DNA of 64,000 nucleotides from a virus (Duplodnaviria > Heunggongvirae > Uroviricota > Caudoviricetes), in the IMG/VR virus record IMGVR_UViG_3300032268_000658; one strand, given 5' to 3'. Positions 27,273-36,483 of this stretch are shown one piece after another. Position numbers and translations under genes: made by a program. How positions within the stretch are numbered: position 1 is the stretch's first letter; every line of letters begins with the position of its first letter. The notes under the pieces are model-generated. The model did no database searches and was not told the origin of the DNA. It worked only from the letters and a program-made list of their open reading frames with translations.

Positions 27273-27766
27273 GTGAGTTAAATAGATTTTTAAAAGTGTT
27301 GAATAAAGTTGGATATCCAAACCCATCCATACATTCTATCGCCAAAATGATTGACTACAACTTGGAAGAATTTCTTCCTGATTTAGTTGCAGAAATCGGA
27401 GAAGAAAAAGCCGATGAGTTCACAGAGAAAGCTCTCAATAAAATGTCAACACCAAAAGGTATAAAAATTCAAGGTAAGGATAACTCACAAGAATACGCTT
27501 ACATTATAATACATAACCCACGTCTTGACTTAGACAACGATGAAACAACTGTATTATGTGATTGGGAGTGGGGCGATACCAATATTTTATCTCAAGATGA
27601 TGATGGAACTGAAACTTACAAAACAATTGAAGAAGTAGGAGAAGACCTTGGTATGGGAGATTGGTCAGATTATGACGACTTAGTTGATGGAATCAGAAAT
27701 GATTGTAATGATATAGTTTCTAGCAACTGTGGATTTGGTATCTGGTGGGATGACCAAAAAAAATAA
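27269..27766 (+). CDS. Hypothetical acidic protein
   Basis: ORF coupled to the upstream gene. Confidence 0.5.
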   Translation: MSELNRFLKVLNKVGYPNPSIHSIAKMIDYNLEEFLPDLVAEIGEEKADEFTEKALNKMSTPKGIKIQGKDNSQEYAYIIIHNPRLDLDNDETTVLCDWEWGDTNILSQDDDGTETYKTIEEVGEDLGMGDWSDYDDLVDGIRNDCNDIVSSNCGFGIWWDDQKK

Positions 27767-27789
27767 AAAGGAGAGACCGAAGTCTCCCC
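27755..27789. terminator. Bidirectional intrinsic terminator
   Basis: ggagagac-cgaa-gtctcccc hairpin flanked by A- and T-runs. Confidence 0.6.
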
Positions 27790-27831
27790 TTTAGGGCCGT
27801 ACGGTTTTAGTACAGATTCCACCACCAAGTT

Positions 27832-28128
27832 TTATCTAACTTGGAAATCATCTTTTCTAAAAACTTTGTTAACTAGTTCTTCTAAATCGTTTCCTTTCAT
27901 ATATCCAATAACTTCGTCATTCGCTTCAGGATAAAAAAACTTTGTAATAAACTCTCCATTTTTATTATCTAAAATTGCAACCTCAAAGTCATTAATAAAA
28001 TCGCCATACAACCCACTTCTTCCTCCAACAATAGAGAATTCAATTTCTTTATTACAAAGACGTGTTATCTTACCTCCCTCTAATGGATGTGGTTTGGACC
28101 ATTCAATAATATCTTTTACCGTTATCAT
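27832..28128 (-). CDS. Hypothetical protein
   Basis: ORF. Confidence 0.45.
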   Translation of the reverse strand: MITVKDIIEWSKPHPLEGGKITRLCNKEIEFSIVGGRSGLYGDFINDFEVAILDNKNGEFITKFFYPEANDEVIGYMKGNDLEELVNKVFRKDDFQVR

Positions 28129-28400
28129 TTTTTATTTCTTATTTGATTTAATTTAACCTCAAGCAATTCGATATTGAATTTATCAGTCTTTGTTTTATTT
28201 GGTTTATCTTTCAATTCTTGAATTAGTCCAAGGACTTTTTCTTCTTCACTCTCAACTTTAGTCTCATCATTTATCACAGGTATTACATTATCCTGTAATT
28301 GTTGATTTGCATGATACTCTCCAAGTTTATAAGCTCCGTATAAAAGAGCTCCAGCTCCTGCTATTTTTAAAAGATTCCCTAATAGTCCTTCGTTTCTCAT
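28125..28400 (-). CDS. Hypothetical protein with a hydrophobic N-terminus
   Basis: ORF; GLLGNLLKIAGAGALLYGAY helix. Confidence 0.45.
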   Translation of the reverse strand: MRNEGLLGNLLKIAGAGALLYGAYKLGEYHANQQLQDNVIPVINDETKVESEEEKVLGLIQELKDKPNKTKTDKFNIELLEVKLNQIRNKK

Positions 28401-28678
28401 TTTGTTTCTAACGCCTCCATTTTAGATTTATTAATTAAATGCTCAGCTAAGGTATAACTATCAACACTTGTTGTGATGATTGAATTAACCAAATGTTTGT
28501 GTGGTACGTGAACTAAAAAATCTGTACCATTAAAAAAAGTCAAGTCATTCTTAAGTTCAATACATCCCTGTACCATTTTCAAGAATAGTTTGAATTGAGT
28601 GCCATTAACGAATGTTTCGTTTAAAAGTACTCCGAAAGTCTCATGTTGAATCTTAATGTTGTGTTGAGGTAGGTTCAT
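28397..28678 (-). CDS. Hypothetical protein
   Basis: ORF with a TTTG-N19-TATCTTTG promoter. Confidence 0.5.
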   Translation of the reverse strand: MNLPQHNIKIQHETFGVLLNETFVNGTQFKLFLKMVQGCIELKNDLTFFNGTDFLVHVPHKHLVNSIITTSVDSYTLAEHLINKSKMEALETK

Positions 28679-28693
28679 ATTGTCTTGATTTAG

Positions 28694-28730
28694 AATACAA
28701 AGATAGTAAATTTATTTGAAACGACAAATA
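28694..28730 (-). promoter_or_regulatory. Bacteroidetes-type promoter
   Basis: caaagata at 28698-28705 and caaa at 28725-28728. Confidence 0.5.
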
Positions 28731-28753
28731 ATAAAGGGATATTACCCCCTTTA

Positions 28754-29293
28754 TTATTCTAATATTAATTGTCCTGGATTTTTATTTCCAGAGTCTGTAA
28801 TTAAACGATATGTTTTTATTTCACCTAAATCAGGGAACTTAACAGCTTCAACTAAAATCCCCCATTTAGCAACTTCATCATTCACCGCAGGAGTAACAAT
28901 GTTTGTTAGGTCAACTAAATCATCCCAATTAGTAGTCTCAACAATATCACGAATAATACCTTGAGTCATATCTACTAATACGTCATTAGCATGCATTACA
29001 TTCAATAAGAAACTATGAACATTAACAACATGGTACCTAACTATTGAAGTTAGAACCACTGAACGTTCGTCTAATGTAGTAAGAGTTTGAGGACTCAAAT
29101 TAACGGTTTGCGTTATGACAGGTGTAACCCAAATCTTATCAAAAAATGGAACCTTCCAATTTAATCCAGGAGAAACGACACGATGAAATCTACCCGTCTT
29201 AAGATGAACCCCCATTTCCCATTGGTCCACAATTTTAAATGGAAGAATGTCATGAATAAAGGTTACTACGAGGTCAATTAGTTTGTCAAACAT
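28754..29293 (-). CDS. Hypothetical protein
   Basis: ORF. Confidence 0.5.
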   Translation of the reverse strand: MFDKLIDLVVTFIHDILPFKIVDQWEMGVHLKTGRFHRVVSPGLNWKVPFFDKIWVTPVITQTVNLSPQTLTTLDERSVVLTSIVRYHVVNVHSFLLNVMHANDVLVDMTQGIIRDIVETTNWDDLVDLTNIVTPAVNDEVAKWGILVEAVKFPDLGEIKTYRLITDSGNKNPGQLILE

Positions 29294-29345
29294 ATATTTT
29301 GGTTTTGTTGAATATCAAAGATAGGACTATTTGGGGAATTTACCA

Positions 29346-29376
29346 AATAAAAAACCCCGACGTAGAAACGTCAGGG
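29346..29376 (-). terminator. Intrinsic terminator (minus strand) closing the ORF-free region
   Basis: ccccgacg-tagaaa-cgtcaggg hairpin preceded on the plus strand by aaataaaaaa. Confidence 0.6.
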
Positions 29377-30590
29377 TTAGTTTGGCATTCAGGTTGAGAA
29401 TACACCTTTCAATGAGAGACTTTACAGGAGATTATTTTGATTCCTCCGATTTCCACTTCCTTTTGAGAAGTACCTCTCAGTCACGGTCAATTAGATTAAC
29501 CAATCCTTAAGTCGTAATATACTCTATTCTTACTCATCACTCTTCTAGGTTGCCACCCAAACTCATCCTTGCGGGATTAGAGAACTTTCAAAACAATCGT
29601 ATCGGGTTTGGGACCCTTTACGGCCATGAACAACTCATGACTAAGTAGTGACCTGTCTACCACGACTGACGAACACTTTTCCTTTTAGTTTTTAGTTTTC
29701 ACCATTGAAAGTAAAAGTTTGATTTGTGGATGATAGATGTAGCGGTCCGTCAAACCAGCTGTCCCATCTTTTGAACGAGACAATACTGAACTACACCTTG
29801 AAGTCTCCCGACCTCCATATTTCAAGTCTACTTCATAACTCCTACCTTGGTAGGTGAAGAGTAAGGAGAACAACAGCACCACCTGTACGAACTCTTACCT
29901 TTCGGTTTTAAGTCTACTCTAATATTGAACCCCGCAATTATATAGTCGGATAACCATACTTCTCACAACAGTTCTACGAGTTATTCTTATCGGAGTTCCC
30001 TCCTCAACCAAACGACCCACATCGCTTGATTATTCGACCACTTTCCCTAAAGTGTTACCCTCAATACTCAAGGTCAAATAATATCTCGTTTGTCTACTCG
30101 AGCTCCGTTACCAAAGCCGCAACCGTTCCAATCAAGAACAAGTCACTTTATACCACTTTCATGGTTTATTTTATGGACTATAGACCGCCCAATTTCTTTA
30201 TTTCTATCTCAGAATCAACCCGAAGGTCTCATCATCAACATGTTTCAAGAAAATATTTTATATTCAAAGAACGTATTCAAAATTAATGAAGGAGAAAGGA
30301 ATCTTTACGACCCACCGAAGTAGGAACATTTACAACCCCTCTCCTTCATTTGTTTTACAAAGATAAGAATGTTTTGGGAAACAATCAAATTTTTATAAAA
30401 CTTTTTTTTGACTGATGATTTTAACGAATTCATTCTTCCTTGATAGTATCATCTAACTATCTTGTTGACCCCCTACTCTCAATAGGACGGGCTAATTCGT
30501 CTGTTTGTCAAAGAAACAATCAGTTTTACCTGAAAGTTTGTTTTGGGTAGGGAACCTCGATTTTACGAACCTACGGTCAACCTCTCCCAA
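29377..30590 (-). ncRNA. Candidate large structured non-coding RNA(s), ~1.0-1.2 kb (GOLLD/ROOL-like class hypothesised)
   Basis: No ORF of 90 aa or more on either strand; local GC ~45-50% against ~30% in the flanks; many UUCG/GAAA-capped hairpins on the minus-strand reading; two canonical promoters (TSS ~30590 and ~30350) and a terminator at 29346-29376 on the same strand; adjacent to a tRNA. Confidence 0.4.
30358..30389 (-). promoter_or_regulatory. Bacteroidetes-type promoter (TTTG-N20-TATCTTTG) inside the ORF-free region
   Basis: caaagata at 30358-30365 and caaa at 30386-30389; part of a 3-copy ~45-bp direct repeat. Confidence 0.5.
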
Positions 30591-30598
30591 TTGTTTTA

Positions 30599-30630
30599 CA
30601 AAGATATGAATAACTTTTCAATTAATCAAA
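30599..30630 (-). promoter_or_regulatory. Bacteroidetes-type promoter (TTTG-N20-TATCTTTG), repeat copy 2
   Basis: caaagata at 30599-30606 and caaa at 30627-30630. Confidence 0.5.
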
Positions 30631-30662
30631 TTCTTTATGAAAAATAGTTAAACTATTTTTTG

Positions 30663-30734
30663 TTGCGAAGGATGGATTCGAACCACCGACCTAAAGGTTA
30701 TGAGCCTTCCGAGCTACCACTGCTCTACCTCGCG
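30663..30734 (-). tRNA. tRNA-Met (anticodon CAT) with a C1xA72 mismatch (initiator-like); tRNA-Ile(LAU) cannot be excluded
   Basis: Folded by hand: acceptor CGCGAGG/CTTCGCA, D-arm GAGC-AGTGGTA-GCTC, anticodon arm GAAGG-CTCATAA-CCTTT, T-arm GGTGG-TTCGAAT-CCATC, discriminator A. Confidence 0.8.
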
Positions 30735-30902
30735 ATATAATTTCAAAAGATTACTTCCCACTTCCCCACGGTCACCTATCCACGTCATGCGCTGGTTGTA
30801 CCAGCGGGTGTAATCAATATTTTAATGTTAAAGAACTTAGTTAAAAAATCCCACGATTCAAAAGTTTTCTCAAACAATATTCTCGTGGGATGTGTTGTCT
30901 CA

Positions 30903-30934
30903 CAAAGATAAGAATAAATTCTCATTCAATCAAA
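30903..30934 (-). promoter_or_regulatory. Bacteroidetes-type promoter (repeat copy 3), likely driving the tRNA
   Basis: caaagata at 30903-30910 and caaa at 30931-30934, ~160 nt upstream of the tRNA 5' end. Confidence 0.5.
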
Positions 30935-31126
30935 TCTTTTTAACGTGAAACGTTTTGGGGTGTTCGTCCTTTCGGACATGGATATATAAATATCTCCAAT
31001 GTTTACAAAGTATAATAAACTTTACGATTTAGTCAAGTTTATCAACAATTTTTTTGATTTGACGGTTCATACTGATAGTACCAACTATCCCGACAAACAC
31101 TAATAAAGCAAATCCAATTAATACTA

Positions 31127-31549
31127 TCATGTTAATATAATTTCTGCGAGTCTGTGGAAGTAATCTCCCGAAGTCTCAGGTTTAATTTCATCTAAAGTAA
31201 AGTATCCAGAGTCAGTGTGTTCTTCACCGTCAATAGCATTAACCAAATCAGGAATGATTGGTTCCTCTACTTCTAATAAATACACGTACATCAACCCTTT
31301 AACTTTTTTACCGTCACGAGTGTGTCTTGGAATAAGTCCGATGAACTGAAGTTCTTTATCATCAATGTTCACGTCAGTCTCTTCTAAAAACTCTCTCTTT
31401 GCCCCTTCTTGAGGTGTTTCCCCATTATCTTCCATCTTTCCTCCAGGGATTGACCACATACCAGGACTTGAGCCTTGGCTATTTCTCTTACATAAAAGAA
31501 TTTTGTCCCCACATTTAACCATTACACCGACGTGTCTTTTGTTTTCCAT
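31127..31549 (-). CDS. Nudix hydrolase
   Basis: Nudix box GGKMEDNGETPQEGAKREFLEETDV (GX5-6EX7REUXEEXGU). Confidence 0.75.
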   Translation of the reverse strand: MENKRHVGVMVKCGDKILLCKRNSQGSSPGMWSIPGGKMEDNGETPQEGAKREFLEETDVNIDDKELQFIGLIPRHTRDGKKVKGLMYVYLLEVEEPIIPDLVNAIDGEEHTDSGYFTLDEIKPETSGDYFHRLAEIILT

Positions 31550-31563
31550 AGTATTTATTAAGT

Positions 31564-31917
31564 ATGAAGGTCAAAATTAATGAAAATATTTTTAATGTCA
31601 AAACTTTAGTAGATAAAAAATCACAATCTATTGGAATGATGGGAAAAACTTTCGACGAATCATTTAACGGATTGTTGTTTCTTATGGATGGAAAGAAACA
31701 ATGTTTTTGGATGAAAAACTGTATCATTCCCTTGGATATTATAATCATTAAGAATAACGTAATCGTTAATATACATAGTAATTGTCCTCCATGTCACGAT
31801 GAATTCGATTGTCCATCCTATTGTGGAAACGGTAATATAGTTTTGGAAATTGATGGTGGTTCTTGTAAAGAACTTAATATTTTACCTGGCGATTCTGTAG
31901 AGTACGACCTGTACTAA
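31564..31917 (+). CDS. Hypothetical Cys-rich protein
   Basis: ORF; CPPCHDEFDCPSYCGNG. Confidence 0.45.
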   Translation: MKVKINENIFNVKTLVDKKSQSIGMMGKTFDESFNGLLFLMDGKKQCFWMKNCIIPLDIIIIKNNVIVNIHSNCPPCHDEFDCPSYCGNGNIVLEIDGGSCKELNILPGDSVEYDLY

Positions 31918-33341
31918 TCCTCTGAAGATACTTTAGACTCCGTAATTTTTTGTTTAAGTACGTTTTGAAATTCAGTTGCAATCATCTTAGTGAACTTAAC
32001 TGAAGGTGAATCATCTTTTTCAGAATCATATTTATATTTGCCTTGTGGTGGTCTTTTACCCCTACCTAAGTAATTTAAACCAGAGATGTTTGTAATACAT
32101 TTGTGCCCACCCGAGTTGGATTGAATAAGGTCCCAAGCATTGATTCCGATTTTGTCCATTAATGAGATTTCTTCTTCAGATAATTCACTGAATGGCTTCT
32201 CCATCATTTCCTCAATTCTACCTAACATTTTTTCTCCTCCATCCATAAACATAAATTTACCACCGTAAAGAGCATCAAAGTCTTTGAATGTAAATCCAAC
32301 GCTTTCAGGCCCTGCACTTGTTTCACTAACCCATTTCATTGTAGATAATGGAATACTTTTTTGTTTTAACTGACCCTCCCATTTGCTTATTACTTCTTGA
32401 GCAATTTCACCAAGGTTAACTCCTTTAAGTTCTCTTTCTTTTTTAAATGGATTACAAGAAGCTTGAACAAGCCCCATCGGCCACGCCATGATGAGAAAGT
32501 CTGCCTCAGGATTATTTCTGAATGGTGTATATCTGTCGTAAGACCCAGGTTTAAACATACTACCCCCACCATATTGGAAGATAATGTTATCAGATACCTT
32601 GGGATATCCCTTCATTTTTTCAGCATAATCTTGTGCATTTTGTTGTAATTCTTCAGGGTTTGCAGAATTGGTTCTTTTCATCCAATCCTTAATTTTATTT
32701 AAAATTGAAAGTAATGATGGCTCACAGTCCATAACTAATCTTTCTAAAAATCCTGGCTTATTTTTAAATGCTAAAAGTAGTTTATTAATAACTAAACCTA
32801 ATAACATTTTGTTCTTTTGAAGTGAACTATCTTTATCTACTTTATAGATATAGTTGACAACTTCTGTTGGTGTAATATTATATTTTGCATAATCTGCTGA
32901 ATCCACAGTATTAATTAATAATATATCGGCTGAGGGAAATAAGTCTTTTGGTGATACCACTTGAGATATCGTCTCAACATTAGAACGAGCACCTCTAAAT
33001 TGTTTGGAGGTACCTTTTTCAACGCCTACTTGTCTATCATGGTGGTCCGTATGAATAACAAACATAGGCTTACCATGAGCAAAATCCACCAACACTGGCA
33101 TTATATCACCTTGAGCGTCGTTCTTTTTAACAGCAAACTCTTTGTCACCATATTGAATGATATGAGCTCCTACAACGTCAATACCATTATCTTCAAGGTA
33201 TTTTTTCATTGCAATTGCTGTTGTTACTCCATCAAGGTCTTGATGGAAATATATCTCAGCTTTTTGATATCTATCTTTTAAAGCATTGATATTTCTTAAT
33301 CCTGTTTCTTTAATTAATTTTTTCATTACTAAGAAAACCAA
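31914..33341 (-). CDS. DHH/DHHA1-family phosphoesterase (NrnA/RecJ-like)
   Basis: FHQDLDGVTTAIA (motifs I-II), VIHTDHHD (DHH motif), C-terminal NSGGHKCI (DHHA1 GGH). Confidence 0.6.
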   Translation of the reverse strand: MVFLVMKKLIKETGLRNINALKDRYQKAEIYFHQDLDGVTTAIAMKKYLEDNGIDVVGAHIIQYGDKEFAVKKNDAQGDIMPVLVDFAHGKPMFVIHTDHHDRQVGVEKGTSKQFRGARSNVETISQVVSPKDLFPSADILLINTVDSADYAKYNITPTEVVNYIYKVDKDSSLQKNKMLLGLVINKLLLAFKNKPGFLERLVMDCEPSLLSILNKIKDWMKRTNSANPEELQQNAQDYAEKMKGYPKVSDNIIFQYGGGSMFKPGSYDRYTPFRNNPEADFLIMAWPMGLVQASCNPFKKERELKGVNLGEIAQEVISKWEGQLKQKSIPLSTMKWVSETSAGPESVGFTFKDFDALYGGKFMFMDGGEKMLGRIEEMMEKPFSELSEEEISLMDKIGINAWDLIQSNSGGHKCITNISGLNYLGRGKRPPQGKYKYDSEKDDSPSVKFTKMIATEFQNVLKQKITESKVSSED

Positions 33342-33655
33342 CCTGGTTTATACGAATCCCATATTTTATACCATTCAGGTTTTTTTGTTTCCAAAGCTTT
33401 TTCTGTATCAGGTCCCCACACACCATCTGTTGGATATACTCCTAACATTCCTTGAAGTTTCTGTATCGCTTTCTCAGTTTCAGAGTTTGGTCCTGTTTTT
33501 CCGTCAGGTACCAATTTAGTATTCATAACTCTTTTATCGTTCAAGAATTTCTGAACTGCAATTGTGTACTTTCTTTCCTCACTTTGTTCTGAAATAACTT
33601 TTTTAACCAATCTTGTTAAATCAGCTTCAGTTAGTCTTATAATTTTCTTTGCCAT
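33329..33655 (-). CDS. Peptidoglycan-binding-domain protein with leader MAKKIIRLTEADLTRLVKKVISEQSEE
   Basis: ..VPDGKTGPNSETEKAIQKLQGMLGVYPTDGVWGPDTEKAL.. resembles PG_binding_1 (DGxxGPxTxxAl) repeats. Confidence 0.5.
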   Translation of the reverse strand: MAKKIIRLTEADLTRLVKKVISEQSEERKYTIAVQKFLNDKRVMNTKLVPDGKTGPNSETEKAIQKLQGMLGVYPTDGVWGPDTEKALETKKPEWYKIWDSYKPGWFS

Positions 33656-33670
33656 TTTATATTATTTAAT

Positions 33671-34738
33671 TTAAATTCCAGGGATTGGATTCGCTTGTCC
33701 CATAAACATATTTCTTAAGAATTTAGCTAATGGGTCAAGATTTGGTTCCGAATTTGTGGATGAAGACGTACTTTGTTGATTATCTGTTTGACCTTCCGTT
33801 CTTTCTGAACCAAATTGGTCTTCAAAGTTTTGTTTGGCCTCAGGTGTTTGATTATATTCATCAACTTTTTTCGTGAAATTTTCATCTCCCATTTTTTTAG
33901 CCAATTCTTCAGCACCTACCCAATTACCTAAACCAACATAATCAAGAAATCCTAACCACCATTTTGTAGATTGCATTAAAATTCTTAATCTTCTTTGAGC
34001 TGGACTTCTAAATAGTCTTGGAATTCCACCAAAAAATACATTTGTAAAGAACCCTGGTTTGGTGAGGGTGGCGGGATTAAATACTTTTTGAGTTTTAAGA
34101 TAATTTTTTAAAAGCTCAACATCTTTGACAGCTGCAGTTCCTTTTTGGAAGTTCTTTGCAAGAACTCCAGCTCTTTTTTGGAACATAGCACTTTTCTTAC
34201 CAGCGTTACTTAATAATTCGAAATAACTTTTGATAGTATTTTTCATTCCTTTGAATGGTCCTGCAGGAATTTCGTCTATTGTTTTAATAACTTTATCTCC
34301 AAAAGAACCGCCCATTTTCTTTAGAAAACCTCCTATAACACCTGGTTCTTTTGCTAATTTTTCTATGGTTGCTGCTGCGGCTTTATATTCTTTACTACCT
34401 ACAGCGGCTCCTTTAGAAAGTTTTATTGCAGACTCCAAAGCTTTGACAGATGGTCCTCCAATTTTTAGTGCCCCCAAAACAGGTTTTGCGACAATATCTC
34501 CAGCATATGGTATTGCTGAAACAATTGTTAAAACTCCAAAAAGAGTGTCCCCTTGAATAAAGTATGATGTTGCATTAATGATGTCGATTATTGGTGTTGG
34601 GTCAATAATACCTAACACGTCCATTACGGTATTATACCACGCCTCATTAATCAAATCTTTTTTCTCATATTTTTTTTCAGCAATGATACTTTTTTTGATT
34701 ACTATTAGTTGGTCTTCTGTAAATACGAATTGAGCCAT
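33671..34738 (-). CDS. Hypothetical protein (Gly/Lys/Ala-rich, hydrophobic segment)
   Basis: ORF. Confidence 0.5.
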   Translation of the reverse strand: MAQFVFTEDQLIVIKKSIIAEKKYEKKDLINEAWYNTVMDVLGIIDPTPIIDIINATSYFIQGDTLFGVLTIVSAIPYAGDIVAKPVLGALKIGGPSVKALESAIKLSKGAAVGSKEYKAAAATIEKLAKEPGVIGGFLKKMGGSFGDKVIKTIDEIPAGPFKGMKNTIKSYFELLSNAGKKSAMFQKRAGVLAKNFQKGTAAVKDVELLKNYLKTQKVFNPATLTKPGFFTNVFFGGIPRLFRSPAQRRLRILMQSTKWWLGFLDYVGLGNWVGAEELAKKMGDENFTKKVDEYNQTPEAKQNFEDQFGSERTEGQTDNQQSTSSSTNSEPNLDPLAKFLRNMFMGQANPIPGI

Positions 34739-34770
34739 GTATACTTTTATTTATAAATATCCATATAACT

Positions 34771-34790
34771 AAAAAAAGGGTCGTATGACC
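34771..34790 (-). terminator. Intrinsic terminator
   Basis: gggtc-gtat-gaccc hairpin with a flanking A-run and T-run. Confidence 0.55.
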
Positions 34791-34796
34791 CTTTTA

Positions 34797-35645
34797 TTAT
34801 AAACCTAATTCCATTTGTCGATTCTTATCTATAAAGTGTTGAACTCTTTCTTTAGCCACTTTAGTATAATTCTCACTTAGTTCTATTCCTATCCATCGTC
34901 TTCCGCTAACTTCAGCTGCGACTAAACTAGTCCCACTACCTGTAAATGGGTCAAGAACAATATCATTTTTATATGTAAGAATTTTAATAGCATTCATTGG
35001 AATATCCATTGAAAAAGTGGCTTTAGTTTGTTGTTTAGTGTCCGCAAAGTATTCCCATTGACCATATACCAAACTCATAAACTCTTTCTTATCTTCTTCT
35101 TGGTATACCATCTTCTGTTTGATTGTACCATCTTCTTGTTCTAAATCAACCAACTCTCCTTTCCATTGTGGTTCACCCTTAACTTTTTTAATACGGTCTT
35201 TCTTATAAGCCAAGATTACACATTCTTTTGGATTATAGATATAAGGACTTGATGGGCTCATCCATGAACCCCAAGCAGTAGTCTTACTTCTATGTGGTGA
35301 GTTCTCGTCAAGGTCTACAAGTCCATAGAATTTAAACCCAAGATTTTTCATGATTTGATAAAACTCAGACATGAATAATATTCTTCCACCTCTATCCTGT
35401 ACGTTTACTTCATATGGAATGTTTACCGCAATTCTTCCGTCATCTTTAAGAATTCTATAAGATTCAGACAACCAATCTTTAGTAAACTGCCAATAATCCT
35501 CCATTGATTGTCTATCATTATAAGAATCATAATCAATCCCCACGTTGTATGGAGGTGATGTTACTATCAAGTCAACACATGACTCAGGAAGATTCGCCAT
35601 CACTTTAACACAATTTCCTTGGATTATTTTATTTGTTTCTAACAT
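34797..35645 (-). CDS. DNA methyltransferase, beta class, SPPY motif (N4-cytosine type likely)
   Basis: Motif IV DLIVTSPPY precedes motif I LDPFTGSGTS; SPPY is typical of N4C methyltransferases. Confidence 0.75.
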   Translation of the reverse strand: MLETNKIIQGNCVKVMANLPESCVDLIVTSPPYNVGIDYDSYNDRQSMEDYWQFTKDWLSESYRILKDDGRIAVNIPYEVNVQDRGGRILFMSEFYQIMKNLGFKFYGLVDLDENSPHRSKTTAWGSWMSPSSPYIYNPKECVILAYKKDRIKKVKGEPQWKGELVDLEQEDGTIKQKMVYQEEDKKEFMSLVYGQWEYFADTKQQTKATFSMDIPMNAIKILTYKNDIVLDPFTGSGTSLVAAEVSGRRWIGIELSENYTKVAKERVQHFIDKNRQMELGL

Positions 35646-36046
35646 TATAATTTACCTTCTTGTTTTAATTGTTCCCTAATTTTAGTTGCAGATATTTCAC
35701 TAACTTCTTGTGGTGGTAAATGTTCTATGATGTCATACCCAACTCCTCTTCCGAAGTTTACTGACTCAACATCAGGTATTATCATAACCTTAACTCTTCC
35801 TTCAAGAATTAAAACATACAACTTGATAAGGATATTTTCATAAACTTCTTGAGCTGTGAATGGGTTCTGTTCGTTAGGTTCTATGTCTCTAATACAAATT
35901 AACACATTCTTACCTTGTTCAAGTCTTTGGTCTATCAACCATCTGTGACCATCGTGCCATGGTTGCCATCTTCCAATAAACATTGAGAATTGTTTACCAG
36001 GGTTATTCTTTAATTTAGGGTCTCCCTCTATGTGTATCTTTTCCAT
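35645..36046 (-). CDS. Nicotinamide/nicotinate mononucleotide adenylyltransferase (NadM-like)
   Basis: FIGRWQPWHDGH (HxGH nucleotidyltransferase motif) and C-terminal ISATKIR (ISSTxxR); start and stop overlap the neighbours. Confidence 0.7.
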   Translation of the reverse strand: MEKIHIEGDPKLKNNPGKQFSMFIGRWQPWHDGHRWLIDQRLEQGKNVLICIRDIEPNEQNPFTAQEVYENILIKLYVLILEGRVKVMIIPDVESVNFGRGVGYDIIEHLPPQEVSEISATKIREQLKQEGKL

Positions 36047-36483
36047 TATATTTTTAATTTGACTCTGATTTCTTGAAGAGAATCATAAACTTTTTTATTG
36101 GTTGTATCAACATCAATAAAGTTTTCTAACGGTTTTTCGTATCCCTCAACGTGAAATGATTCTCTCCCTCTAATTTCACTGGTGTGAATATAAAGCTCAA
36201 CAATATCTTTTCCCATTTTTTGTTTAAAGTTTTCTCTTTGGTCTCTGTATGGTGACACTAAACAAACAACAGAGTTCATTTTTTTATTATTTAGAAAGTG
36301 TGCAATATTTTGAGCTAACTCAATATTCTTTCTACGTCCTTGTTCGCTGTAATCTTTATTCTCAAAGATTTCTCTAATGTCATCACCGTCAACCAATACT
36401 GCTTCTCCTTGTAATGCTGCGATGAGCCAATTTCCCAAAGTTGTTTTACCCGCACCAGGTTGTCCTGTTAACCAATAAATCAT
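36046..36483 (-). CDS. P-loop kinase (APS-kinase / NadR-RNK-like fold); substrate unknown
   Basis: Walker A GQPGAGKTT, ..LVDGDDIRE.., ..VCLVSPYRDQRE.. parallels APS-kinase blocks GLSGSGKST / LDGDNVR / ISPHRAER. Confidence 0.6.
   Translation of the reverse strand: MIYWLTGQPGAGKTTLGNWLIAALQGEAVLVDGDDIREIFENKDYSEQGRRKNIELAQNIAHFLNNKKMNSVVCLVSPYRDQRENFKQKMGKDIVELYIHTSEIRGRESFHVEGYEKPLENFIDVDTTNKKVYDSLQEIRVKLKI

Noticed and set aside
29685-30323. Small ORFs (65, 86 and 77 aa) inside the ORF-free GC-rich region
   Set aside because: They have no start context and no leader-type N-termini. The region has its own promoters and terminator and a hairpin-rich character, so a non-coding RNA is favoured. 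Coding is not formally excluded.
29377-30660. tmRNA, rRNA fragment, RNase P RNA or extra tRNAs in the structured region
   Set aside because: There is no tRNA-like 3' domain with CCA-proximal T-arm apart from the single tRNA-Met. No RNase P or tmRNA signature strings were recognised. Class assignment is left open.
30663-30734. tRNA as a prophage attachment site or integration boundary
   Set aside because: No integrase or excisionase is visible in the window, and no repeat of the tRNA 3' end was noticed. This cannot be assessed from this window alone.
32390-33519. Short ORFs on either strand within the DHH phosphoesterase gene (32390..32572, 32397..32648, 32961..33281, 33286..33519)
   Set aside because: They are antisense or overlapping to a motif-supported gene. 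Shadows.
36046-36483. Calling the P-loop kinase specifically adenylylsulfate kinase (CysC)
   Set aside because: The fold-level similarity is clear, but there is no sulfate-pathway context. An NMNAT neighbour makes a nucleoside or nucleotide kinase role more plausible. Left as a generic P-loop kinase.
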